A DNA stretch of 64,000 bases from Zooshikella harenae (GTDB taxonomy: Bacteria > Pseudomonadota > Gammaproteobacteria > Pseudomonadales > Zooshikellaceae). The stretch covers positions 17,164 to 81,163 of the forward strand of contig NZ_JAGSOY010000008.1 in NCBI RefSeq assembly GCF_018837975.1, in the 5' to 3' direction. The position numbers and the translations under genes are program-made. The notes beneath the pieces are model-generated. The model did not search any database, was not told the DNA's origin, and saw only the letters and a program-made list of their open reading frames with translations. Every line of letters starts with the position of its first letter. The first letter of the stretch is position 1. Positions 33,276 through 42,265 of this stretch are shown here, in pieces.

Positions 33276-36200
33276 GTGTCTAATAATACAGAACAAGTAT
33301 TGGAACAAGCTGTCCATCAAGAGGGAACTTACGAAGTTTTAAGGAAACGCCTCCAACAGCAGGCATCAGCCTTAAATGAAAAAATCGCTCAGCTAAATGA
33401 ACAACGCATTACAGCCTTTGGTAAAACAGAAACCTCAATTATTAACCGTGTTCGAGCTAGAACAGAAAATAATTGTGTTGCACGCGATATTGTCAGAATA
33501 GGCAATCAGCTGCTGTTTGGTTTTAATGTTTTCATGGGGCTAAAGAAAGAGCACTCTATTAATGATGTTTTTGCGCTTTACCAGCTTTCAGAAGAAAGCT
33601 CAAATGAATTACAAATTACGCCTATCGAACTCAAAACCAGCTTTCTTAATGAACAAAAGTTTCTAGATGACTTTAAAGAGCTTTACACTTATTACAAACA
33701 TGCCAAATTAATTCAACTTCGGGTCACCAATAATAAACTCCTTGCCGCATTCCAAATCGGTCAAAAAGTAGGTGACATTCGTGTCTTTCGCTGGTCACTA
33801 GACAATGCTATTCCCAGCTATATTGATAATCGTGGAGAACGCGATATCACCCTACCAGCAACCCATGACTTCGAGTGGATTCCCACATCAAGAGACAATC
33901 ATGTACTAGGTGAACATCCACATATCAATATACTCGATAAGGTGTTTATTGAGACGATTAATGGCGACCTCACCATTAAGATTGAAAATAATACGACTGA
34001 TGGTCAAGGCATTTATAGTGAACCAGTGGACGATTTACACCAATCACTTGATGATGCAGAAGTCTACTATGCTGACCTTATTGATCTGATTTTGCTCAAA
34101 GTAAAACCTTACCGCGAAGAATCTTACCGTTACTTAATTTTTAATACACTGCTCAATACAGTCACGCGCATCGATGAATTAGGTTCATCGTGTCAACAGT
34201 TGCCCGAAAATCACGGAATAATTTATCCTGGAGGTTACTACCTCACAACAGGTGAACACAAAACATTTTCAACCATTAATACCAAAAATTTAGTCTATAA
34301 ACGAACAATCAAGTCTCCCAATGGGGAAGATATACTTTATGTATATTATGAACCCATTGCAGGACGTTTTGTATTATGTGCATATAACCTCATTACCAAA
34401 ACTTTAAATAATCCTATCGAAGGCCATGGTTATGCATTGTACCCTGATGGGAAAATGATCATTTTCTCTGATAGTGGTGAAGAACCAACACATATTCACC
34501 CTATGCAAATCTGGCAAACACCTTTCGTCAGTGACGAATTTGCTAGCGCCCAGGAAACAGCTACTGGTTTATTCGCAACATTAGGTAATGCAGAACTTGT
34601 CCGGGCAATTTCGGACTTATACAGCATTAGTAAAGCAATTTTACAGTTACAGCCAAGCACTCAAGTTTATACATCTCTTATCAACCAGTGTAATACATTA
34701 TTTGATAGTTATTATTGGTTGGATCAACGTGAAGCCGGTGAGTTAGCACCCTTTGTTAAAGAAATTGTCAAAAATGCTGAGTTAGTACTTGATGAATTCG
34801 AAAAAGTTCAACATTTACAAAGTCGTGCAGAAGCCGCATTAAAAAAAGCTGGACAACAACAGAAAGAATTATTAAGTGGACTAACTCCTGAACGCTGGGA
34901 TAACCCAGAACAATTTGTTAACGCACTAAACAGCTTTAAAAAACAGAAAGGTCATCTTCTTACCTTACAAGACACACGCTATATTAATGAAGAACACTTA
35001 GCTGAGCTTAACAAAAAAGTTGATGAAACGATTGATAAAATCAGCCAAGCAACAATCGCTTTTATTAGTAAAGATGAGTCGCTTACCCCCTACCAGCAAA
35101 GACTTGAAACATTTGAAGACGCTATTACAAGCGCAGAGGACTCAAAGTCACTCAAAGTAATTCAAGATGATATTGAACAAACAGCAGAAGGCCTTGATTT
35201 ACTTACGACGATTCTTTCTACACTCGATGTCGAAGACGCTCCAGAGAGAACGCTCATTCTCGAAAAAGTTGCAGAGATATATGCACAAATAAACCAAGTA
35301 AAAGCCAAGTCTCGAAATAAACTAAAGTCAATTAAAGCAACAGAGTCTATTGCTGAGTTTGGGGCCCAATTTAAGCTATTCTCACTCAGTATTACTAATG
35401 CCGTCAGTGTCTGTGATACCCCAGAGCGCTGTGATGAAGAGCTCACTAAGCTAACCGTTCAACTTGAAGAAATTGAAAGCCAATTTGCAGATAATGAGCA
35501 ATATCTTGGCGAAATTCTCAATAAACGTGAAGAGTTATATGACACGTTCCAAAATCTCAAGCAAACACTGCTTGATGAAAGGCAACGCCGAGCACAGCAT
35601 CTATATGAATCAGCAATACGTGTATTAAAAAGCATCGAACGACGTAGCCAAAGCTTTTCCAGCGTTGATGACCTTAATACCTATTTTGCGTCAGATGCTA
35701 TGGTACTGAAAATTCAATCGTTTTCAGACCAGCTTATTACACTGTCAGAAAGCGTTAAAGCTGACGATATTCAATCCCACTTAAAAGGTATAAAAGACCA
35801 GGCTATCAAGTCACTGCGGGATAAATCAGAAATATACTCTGATCAAGGTAAAACATTAAAGCTTGGCAAACACTTATTTAATGTCAATACTCAACAACTA
35901 GATACCAGTTTAATACATAAAGATAATCAGCTTTATATACATTTAAGTGGCACAAATTTCTACCAACTTATAGATAATGAAGAGCTAGCAAATTTAAACG
36001 ATTATTGGAAACAAACGATTTTATCGGAAAATCAATATGTTTACCGTGCAGAATACTTAGCGTATCAAATCATAAAAACAGCCGAAAACCAACAACAAGG
36101 CTGGTCAATAGCAAAACTTCAAGAACTCAAATATGATAATGAACAGCTAATTAAAGCTATTCGTGAATATATGACACCTCGTTATCAAGAAGGTTACCAA

Positions 36201-38642
36201 AAAGGTATTCACGACCATGATTGCGCTAAAATACTAACTGCTTACTTAACATCTCTGGAAACGCAGGGTTTACTAAAATATTCAGGCCTGTCAAGGTGTT
36301 GTGCTGCGTATTTTTGGATATCAGTCCAAGGTAACTCATCTCAGGTAAATGTGCTATCAGGTAAAGCACAAGGCGCCTTTTTACTTGCGAATCAAATGGG
36401 TGAAAGCAAAGCATTAAATGCTCTTACTCATGAGTTGGAAGATTATCTAAAAGCATTTTATCATGAGAAATCACCCAGTTTAGTTATAGACTTTACCAGT
36501 ACTGCTAAGTATTTAATCGAAGTGCTAGCAGTATCTCCCACCCAGTTTATGGTTAGTGTACAGGGGCAGCAATTAGCAGAACAATTTGAGAAAACCCTTC
36601 ACAACTTAAATTATTACAACATATTCGAAAAAACGCTAAGGGAATTAAGCGATAATTTTCAATCACAATGGGAGTTACTGCAACATTGGCTAAGCGCACT
36701 ATCAAAAGAGATACCTGAGAATATACTTAATACTGTTATTGCTGATGCAGTTACTGTCATTTTAACAAATAAAAAACTTTCCCTTAAAGCACTTTCACTT
36801 CCAGAAAGTAATAGCATTCCAGGTCTGTTAGGAGATCATCCTCGAATCCAACAAAGTGAATTAACCTTCTCTCTAGCTGAATTCAATAATCGTTTGCAGC
36901 ACTTTACCCATACTGACACTGTTAACTTTGAAAAACTAGTCAGCATCAAGCAAAAGTTACTTGAAAAAGAACGCAAACGACTACGTCTTGACGACTTCAC
37001 TCCAAAACCTCTAACATCTTTTGTCCGAAACAAACTAATCAATGATGTATACTTTAAAATCATTGGTGACAACCTTGCAAAACAAATGGGAGCTGCAGGT
37101 AACCAGAAACGCTCAGATTTAATGGGCTTATTATTGCTTATTTCACCACCTGGTTATGGTAAAACAACATTAATGGAGTATATCGCCAACCGACTGGGCC
37201 TCGTCTTTGTCAAAGTAAACTGCCCCTCGCTAGGTCATCAAGTCATCTCTCTTGACCCAGAAGAAGCTCCTAATGCAACAGCAAGACAAGAACTTATTAA
37301 ATTAAATTTAAGTTTTGAAATGGGCAATAATGTCATGTTGTATTTGGATGATATACAACACACGCACCCTGAGTTTTTACAAAAGTTTATTTCTTTGTGT
37401 GATGGTACGCGACGCGTGGAAGGTGTTTGGGATGGAGAAACCAAAACTTATGACTTAAGAGGTAAAAAGTTTTGCATTGCAATGGCAGGAAACCCTTATA
37501 CTGAATCAGGCGAAGTTTTCAAGATTCCTGACATGTTAGCTAACCGGGCCGATATTTATAATCTTGGGGATATACTCAGTGGTTCAGAAGAAACGTTTGA
37601 GTTGAGTTACATTGAAAACAGCTTAACCTCTAATTCTGTATTGGCACCATTAGCAACTCGCAACTTAGCTGATGTTTACCATCTGATTAATATGGCTAAA
37701 GGCAAACAGTCGACAAATGGACAATTAGAATACGACTATTCAAGTGCAGAGCTTGAAGAAATATTAAGCGTTATACGAAAGCTTCTCTATATTCAAGAAT
37801 TTGTCCTTAAGGTTAATCAAGCTTACATAAAATCTGCTGCTACAGCAGATGCCTACCGGACCGAACCTCCTTTTAAACTACAAGGAAGTTACCGGAATAT
37901 GAATAAAATGGCTGAAAAAGTGGTTGCCATTATGAATGATGAGGAGCTAAACAACCTGATACTTGACCACTATGTAGGAGAAGCTCAAACATTAACTTTT
38001 GGGGCAGAAGAAAACCTGCTTAAACTTAAAGAGATAATGCAATTTTTGACTGAAGAAGAGTCTGTTCGTTGGCAAAAGATCAAAGATGAGTTTAGTAAAC
38101 GGATTGCACTAGGCGGAGATGAGCAGGATACACTAGCCAAAATAGCTTATCAAATTGCTAGCTTAAATCAAGGTTTAACTGGTATCGAAAAAAGCTTAAG
38201 TCATTCAACATCAACACAAACCTGGTCAGAGCATCTTACTCATTTTCAGCAAACAGTACGCCAGACACTTGGACAGCAACAAAAGCAATCTCTTGCCGCC
38301 AGTAAAATGCTTCAGCATCAATTGGGTAATATCAATAATGCAATGGCAATGATTGGAGAAAACCTGGTAGAAAGTAGTCATGGTTTACAACACATTACGG
38401 CGTTAAGTGAAGCCTGCCAGCAAATCCAGAAAAGCCTTGAAACTATCGACTTTTCTATCAATGTTGTTAACCAGCCAAGTCCAGTATTAGAACAATCACT
38501 GAGCGCACTTGCAAATACCGTAGAGTCATCGCTAATGCCTGTAGTTACGACTATGAATCATAAAATAGGGCTGGATCAAAATATATTGCGTAAAGTTAAT
38601 GAACTCTCAGATCAACTTAAAGCTATTTCGGATCGTCAATAA
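33276..38642 (+). CDS. Giant (1788 aa) multidomain protein: N-terminal beta-rich region, about 750 aa of coiled coil, and a C-proximal AAA+ ATPase of MoxR/dynein (AAA_5)-like type
   Basis: Single uninterrupted ORF; GTG start with AAGAGG at -8; Walker A LLISPPGYGKTTL at about aa 1290; Walker B VMLYLDDIQH; sensor-1 FCIAMAGNPY; ARADIYNLGD; no family recognised. Confidence 0.7.
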   Translation: MSNNTEQVLEQAVHQEGTYEVLRKRLQQQASALNEKIAQLNEQRITAFGKTETSIINRVRARTENNCVARDIVRIGNQLLFGFNVFMGLKKEHSINDVFALYQLSEESSNELQITPIELKTSFLNEQKFLDDFKELYTYYKHAKLIQLRVTNNKLLAAFQIGQKVGDIRVFRWSLDNAIPSYIDNRGERDITLPATHDFEWIPTSRDNHVLGEHPHINILDKVFIETINGDLTIKIENNTTDGQGIYSEPVDDLHQSLDDAEVYYADLIDLILLKVKPYREESYRYLIFNTLLNTVTRIDELGSSCQQLPENHGIIYPGGYYLTTGEHKTFSTINTKNLVYKRTIKSPNGEDILYVYYEPIAGRFVLCAYNLITKTLNNPIEGHGYALYPDGKMIIFSDSGEEPTHIHPMQIWQTPFVSDEFASAQETATGLFATLGNAELVRAISDLYSISKAILQLQPSTQVYTSLINQCNTLFDSYYWLDQREAGELAPFVKEIVKNAELVLDEFEKVQHLQSRAEAALKKAGQQQKELLSGLTPERWDNPEQFVNALNSFKKQKGHLLTLQDTRYINEEHLAELNKKVDETIDKISQATIAFISKDESLTPYQQRLETFEDAITSAEDSKSLKVIQDDIEQTAEGLDLLTTILSTLDVEDAPERTLILEKVAEIYAQINQVKAKSRNKLKSIKATESIAEFGAQFKLFSLSITNAVSVCDTPERCDEELTKLTVQLEEIESQFADNEQYLGEILNKREELYDTFQNLKQTLLDERQRRAQHLYESAIRVLKSIERRSQSFSSVDDLNTYFASDAMVLKIQSFSDQLITLSESVKADDIQSHLKGIKDQAIKSLRDKSEIYSDQGKTLKLGKHLFNVNTQQLDTSLIHKDNQLYIHLSGTNFYQLIDNEELANLNDYWKQTILSENQYVYRAEYLAYQIIKTAENQQQGWSIAKLQELKYDNEQLIKAIREYMTPRYQEGYQKGIHDHDCAKILTAYLTSLETQGLLKYSGLSRCCAAYFWISVQGNSSQVNVLSGKAQGAFLLANQMGESKALNALTHELEDYLKAFYHEKSPSLVIDFTSTAKYLIEVLAVSPTQFMVSVQGQQLAEQFEKTLHNLNYYNIFEKTLRELSDNFQSQWELLQHWLSALSKEIPENILNTVIADAVTVILTNKKLSLKALSLPESNSIPGLLGDHPRIQQSELTFSLAEFNNRLQHFTHTDTVNFEKLVSIKQKLLEKERKRLRLDDFTPKPLTSFVRNKLINDVYFKIIGDNLAKQMGAAGNQKRSDLMGLLLLISPPGYGKTTLMEYIANRLGLVFVKVNCPSLGHQVISLDPEEAPNATARQELIKLNLSFEMGNNVMLYLDDIQHTHPEFLQKFISLCDGTRRVEGVWDGETKTYDLRGKKFCIAMAGNPYTESGEVFKIPDMLANRADIYNLGDILSGSEETFELSYIENSLTSNSVLAPLATRNLADVYHLINMAKGKQSTNGQLEYDYSSAELEEILSVIRKLLYIQEFVLKVNQAYIKSAATADAYRTEPPFKLQGSYRNMNKMAEKVVAIMNDEELNNLILDHYVGEAQTLTFGAEENLLKLKEIMQFLTEEESVRWQKIKDEFSKRIALGGDEQDTLAKIAYQIASLNQGLTGIEKSLSHSTSTQTWSEHLTHFQQTVRQTLGQQQKQSLAASKMLQHQLGNINNAMAMIGENLVESSHGLQHITALSEACQQIQKSLETIDFSINVVNQPSPVLEQSLSALANTVESSLMPVVTTMNHKIGLDQNILRKVNELSDQLKAISDRQ

Positions 38643-38657
38643 AATATATTTTTCACT

Positions 38658-39239
38658 ATGATTAATTCAAAGATTACTAATATTTCCCGCTGGAAGTGTG
38701 TAATAGGTTTACTAGGTTTCATGTGGATACTACACATGGTAAACCTACTACTCGGCTATCAGCTCAATCAATTTGGGTTAGTGCCTCGTACCACAAGTCA
38801 TTTTACTGCAATATTTTATTGGAGCTTTTTGCATGGTAGTCTTGACCACTTACTTACCAATAGCATCCCTTTCACAATTTTAGGACTATTGGTAGCTGTA
38901 CGCGGGAGCTACTACTTCTTTTTAACAACTCTGTTTATTAGTATTACATCTGGTATCGTCGTATGGCTGTTTGGTAGAACAGCCATACACATTGGAGCCA
39001 GTGTATTAATTTATGGCTATTTTGGCTTTCTAATAAGTCGAGCTTGGTTTGACCGGCAACCTCTCTCACTTATCATTGCTCTTATTGTCGTTATCACCTA
39101 TAGCGGCTTAATTTTTGGGCTATTTCCAAGCACACAACAGATCTCATGGGAAGGCCATTTAGCAGGATTAATAAGTGGCAGCCTCATGGCATGGCTTTTG
39201 TGTAAACAAAAACCTACTAAAAAGCAATTACAGGAGTAA
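38658..39239 (+). CDS. Rhomboid-family intramembrane serine protease-like protein
   Basis: 193 aa, six hydrophobic helices; candidate catalytic Ser in HIGASVLIYGYFG and His in WEGHLAGLISG; starts 16 nt after the giant gene. Confidence 0.55.
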   Translation: MINSKITNISRWKCVIGLLGFMWILHMVNLLLGYQLNQFGLVPRTTSHFTAIFYWSFLHGSLDHLLTNSIPFTILGLLVAVRGSYYFFLTTLFISITSGIVVWLFGRTAIHIGASVLIYGYFGFLISRAWFDRQPLSLIIALIVVITYSGLIFGLFPSTQQISWEGHLAGLISGSLMAWLLCKQKPTKKQLQE

Positions 39240-39244
39240 TAACT

Positions 39245-39487
39245 ATGAGTACAACAACACACGACTACATCAAGCTGGCAACCTACGCAGTAAACATTTT
39301 TGCGAGTGATGGTAAGCTAAATGCACACGAGTTTGACCAATTAATGACTATTGCTCTTCGCGATGGTGTTGTTGATGACGATGAAAAAAGAGTGTTAACA
39401 AACATTCTCAATAAAGTAAGAGCAGAAGAAATGACGGATGACTTACAAGCGAAAATTACCCAAGTTAGAGAAAAGTATAATTTCTAA
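39245..39487 (+). CDS. Small TerB-like (tellurite-resistance TerB / DjlA N-domain-like) protein
   Basis: 80 aa; IFASDGKLNAHEFDQLMTIALRDGVVDDDEKRVL matches the ADG-x-L...E...L TerB pattern; AGGAG at -9; starts 6 nt after the rhomboid gene. Confidence 0.45.
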   Translation: MSTTTHDYIKLATYAVNIFASDGKLNAHEFDQLMTIALRDGVVDDDEKRVLTNILNKVRAEEMTDDLQAKITQVREKYNF

Positions 39488-39548
39488 AGCTAACGTCGTT
39501 TTATAGCTGAGTTATTTTATACCAATCTATATAAAAATTATTCACCCA

Positions 39549-39587
39549 AGCAATATTGCTATACTAATCTTTAATAAGTATAGCAAT
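39549..39587. promoter_or_regulatory. Nested palindromes upstream of the methyltransferase gene: AGCAATATTGCT (12-bp perfect palindrome) and ATTGCTATACT / AGTATAGCAAT (11-bp inverted repeat, 11-nt spacer)
   Basis: Read directly; lies 55-95 nt upstream of the MTase start, a typical operator position. Confidence 0.4.
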
Positions 39588-39643
39588 TTCACTATGAGAT
39601 GAATTTTGTTACTCTAAAATTTACCTGCATTCAGTGAGTGATC

Positions 39644-40339
39644 ATGACAATATTACAAGAACAACAAATTATCGAGTCTTGGTATAAAAACGCTAAATCA
39701 TGGACTGATGCTATTAAAAATAAACAAATTGCAAGTAGAGAACATACTACTAATCAGGCCGTTATTGATGCTATTCTCACCTATTCACCTAAGACTGTTC
39801 TCGACATTGGCTGTGGTGAAGGTTGGTTAACACGAACTTTAACAAGCCATAACATCAATACTTATGGCATTGATACAGTACCAGAACTCATTGCTTATGC
39901 TCAACATCAGGGACAGGGAAAATTCAGCTTGATGTCATATGATAATATTAATCCTAATACAATTCAGGATAAATTTGATATTGCTGTGTGCAATTTTTCA
40001 CTCTTTGGTAAACACTCAGTTAATAATCTGATAAAGAAAATACCCCGCCTATTGAATGATAAAGGGTATTTTATTTTACAAACACTTCACCCACTTATTG
40101 AGCACAACAATAGAGTGTATCAAGATGGCTGGAGGGAAGGATCTTGGTGTAGTTGTGGTAACAGCTTTTCTGATCCGGCTCCATGGTACTTTCGCACGCT
40201 TGCCTCATGGGTCGACCTTTTAGCTGATTGTCATTTTTTAGTAACAAGTATCAAAGAGCCAAAACCTCAGGACACCCCTCATCCATTATCTATCATATTT
40301 ATATGTCAAAAAACTGAGATTGACCACCATACTTCATAA
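39644..40339 (+). CDS. Class I SAM-dependent methyltransferase
   Basis: Motif I VLDIGCGEGWLT; the post-I acidic residue and motif II (DIAVCNF) are present; the ORF track starts at GTG 39638. Confidence 0.7.
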   Translation: MTILQEQQIIESWYKNAKSWTDAIKNKQIASREHTTNQAVIDAILTYSPKTVLDIGCGEGWLTRTLTSHNINTYGIDTVPELIAYAQHQGQGKFSLMSYDNINPNTIQDKFDIAVCNFSLFGKHSVNNLIKKIPRLLNDKGYFILQTLHPLIEHNNRVYQDGWREGSWCSCGNSFSDPAPWYFRTLASWVDLLADCHFLVTSIKEPKPQDTPHPLSIIFICQKTEIDHHTS

Positions 40340-40353
40340 AACAAGTAAAATAA

Positions 40354-41508
40354 CTACTTTTCTACATCTTGCATAATATGAAATATGTGTTTTTTTAGAT
40401 CCAGCAACTTTTCCGCTTCCAAAATACAAAGCCCCATTAACCTTGCACGTTCTTTATTATGTACATTAAAGTTTCCAAATGATGCGATGACGCCACAAGC
40501 ATTTTTACCACCTAATCGATGTAATAATGCTTCCATTTTATATATTGTATTAATTCCACTCTTTCTTTGAGCCAAAAAATTCCTAGCTTTACACTCAATA
40601 ATAAATAACTGATTATTTGCTAAAAATACAACATCTAACTCATTTCTAACGGTACTATTTCCATAGTCCCAGACAACTTCAACTCCTCTGGCAACATCTT
40701 GAATATACTCACTTTCTCTCGCTATTTTATCTAACTCAGAAAAAACATATTCCTCTAACCAAAAACCATTACAGAATGCCCTATCCTCTTCACTAGAAAA
40801 AATTAAACGCTTTTTCTCTAACGTAACCAAGTGGTAGAACTCCAAAGAACCCACAAGCTCTTGAAGCTGAGCATTATAATACTCCTGGCTGGATAGCCGC
40901 CTAGAACATAACTTTAGGTTATTCGCTGTTGAGGCTAAATGATTTAGTAGTGCCAACCCTTTGGTCAAGTGCCTAGCACGTTTAACCCATCGTTTACCTA
41001 AACGTTGAGCTTCTTGGGAAATCTTACTCGTTTGCTGGTGCGTAACTGCAACGCCCTGTAGCTGAAAATAGCGCTCAATTGAGAGATGATCTTCTAGGTT
41101 TATAACCCCTTTATTTGCAGGGTTATTTAGCCAAACAACTACATCACTTGTTTGATTGACCTGAAAAATACCCAAATTTTCCTGTTTAAAAACCTCATAA
41201 GCTGCAATCGCTAAAACTTTATTTCCTCCTGAAATATTTAGCTCATAGTCAACTTTATCTGGATACTGCAATAACGCACTAATTGTAATTAAAAGATCAT
41301 TGAAGTTCCAAGCATCATCTATAAAAACTGTTTTAGTAGTAATTCCTATTTCTTCTATGAAAGCCGATGCACTATTAACAGCTTGCTGTAAACGTGTTAT
41401 AGCAACAAAAACAACTTCATTTGGTTGCATTCTAGAATCAAGAATAGGGGTCACATTTGCACTTACAGATTCACTAAATAAAATAATTTGTACTCTTTTT
41501 TTAGCCAT
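40354..41508 (-). CDS. Card1/Can2-like protein: N-terminal Rossmann/CARF-like domain plus C-terminal PD-(D/E)xK nuclease (DUF1887-like)
   Basis: C-terminal ELDVVFLANNQLFIIECKARN gives D...(13)...E-x-K; the N-terminal half is predicted alpha/beta with an ISGGNK loop; about 384 aa, matching Card1/Can2 size; the first ATG is the fifth codon after the track's TTG start. Confidence 0.55.
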   Translation of the reverse strand: MAKKRVQIILFSESVSANVTPILDSRMQPNEVVFVAITRLQQAVNSASAFIEEIGITTKTVFIDDAWNFNDLLITISALLQYPDKVDYELNISGGNKVLAIAAYEVFKQENLGIFQVNQTSDVVVWLNNPANKGVINLEDHLSIERYFQLQGVAVTHQQTSKISQEAQRLGKRWVKRARHLTKGLALLNHLASTANNLKLCSRRLSSQEYYNAQLQELVGSLEFYHLVTLEKKRLIFSSEEDRAFCNGFWLEEYVFSELDKIARESEYIQDVARGVEVVWDYGNSTVRNELDVVFLANNQLFIIECKARNFLAQRKSGINTIYKMEALLHRLGGKNACGVIASFGNFNVHNKERARLMGLCILEAEKLLDLKKHIFHIMQDVEK

Positions 41509-41736
41509 CACAGTACTCGTCAAGTAAGCGAAAGTCTTATCTTTTCATTGCTAAATGTAAAATACCATACGCACTGTAACTTTTTGCAAAACATGACCAA
41601 TAAAATAATTAGAACAACTCAAGCATTACACTTAAAAAGTGAATCAGAAACGGGGTACTGAATAGACATCAGATAACACAATGATCGTATCTGATACAGA
41701 CTCATACAATCTTATTCAAAAGGATAAATCATGAAA

Positions 41737-41767
41737 TAAAAAAACCACCTAACGGTGGTTTTTTTAT
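41737..41767. terminator. Bidirectional rho-independent terminator (AAAAAAACCACC-TAAC-GGTGGTTTTTTTATT)
   Basis: 7-bp stem flanked by an A-run on one side and a T-run on the other; sits between the Card1-like gene start and the stop of the HTH gene. Confidence 0.65.
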
Positions 41768-41782
41768 TGAAAGAGTATATAC

Positions 41783-42265
41783 CTAGTGGCAACCAAGCTT
41801 ATGTAACTCTACTGCATTCTCAAGCCATTCTACTAACTGAGAGAGAGAATACTTTTGGCTTTGCATCCGCTCTGTGCATTCTTCCACAATATGATCAGGT
41901 GCATCAGTTAATAGTTTAATAAGTTGTCTTGCCTGGTCCCTCATCTCTTTAGGGAGACATGTAAAAACTGAAAGAAAGTGCCTTTCATCAGGCATAAGAG
42001 TGCCTGGAGACTCTTCAACCCCCAGTAGATAATCCATCGGAACTAACAATACATGGGTTAATTTGCGAAGTATATCACTATACAGACTGACAGATTCACT
42101 AGTAGGTATACCTTGCACAAGTAACTGCTCAATAACAGAGACATCAACACCAGAGCGCGTTGCAAGCTCATCTACATCGATTTCTATATCAATCATTGCT
42201 TGCCGCAAACGCGTTGAAAGCTGCTGACTTAACCCTACGTCAGCCATCATAAAAGGAATTTCCAT
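41783..42265 (-). CDS. Hypothetical protein with an XRE-like helix-turn-helix
   Basis: 160 aa; IDVDELATRSGVDVSVIEQLLVQG resembles an HTH_XRE recognition region; followed by the bidirectional terminator. Confidence 0.45.
   Translation of the reverse strand: MEIPFMMADVGLSQQLSTRLRQAMIDIEIDVDELATRSGVDVSVIEQLLVQGIPTSESVSLYSDILRKLTHVLLVPMDYLLGVEESPGTLMPDERHFLSVFTCLPKEMRDQARQLIKLLTDAPDHIVEECTERMQSQKYSLSQLVEWLENAVELHKLGCH

Noticed and set aside
33276-38642. Giant protein as an SMC/SbcC/RecN-type 'DNA repair ATPase'
   Set aside because: The Walker A motif is near residue 1290 rather than at the N-terminus. Walker B and the sensor are contiguous in a single AAA+ module with an AGNP sensor (MoxR/dynein-like), not a split ABC-type head. 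No signature LSGG motif was seen.
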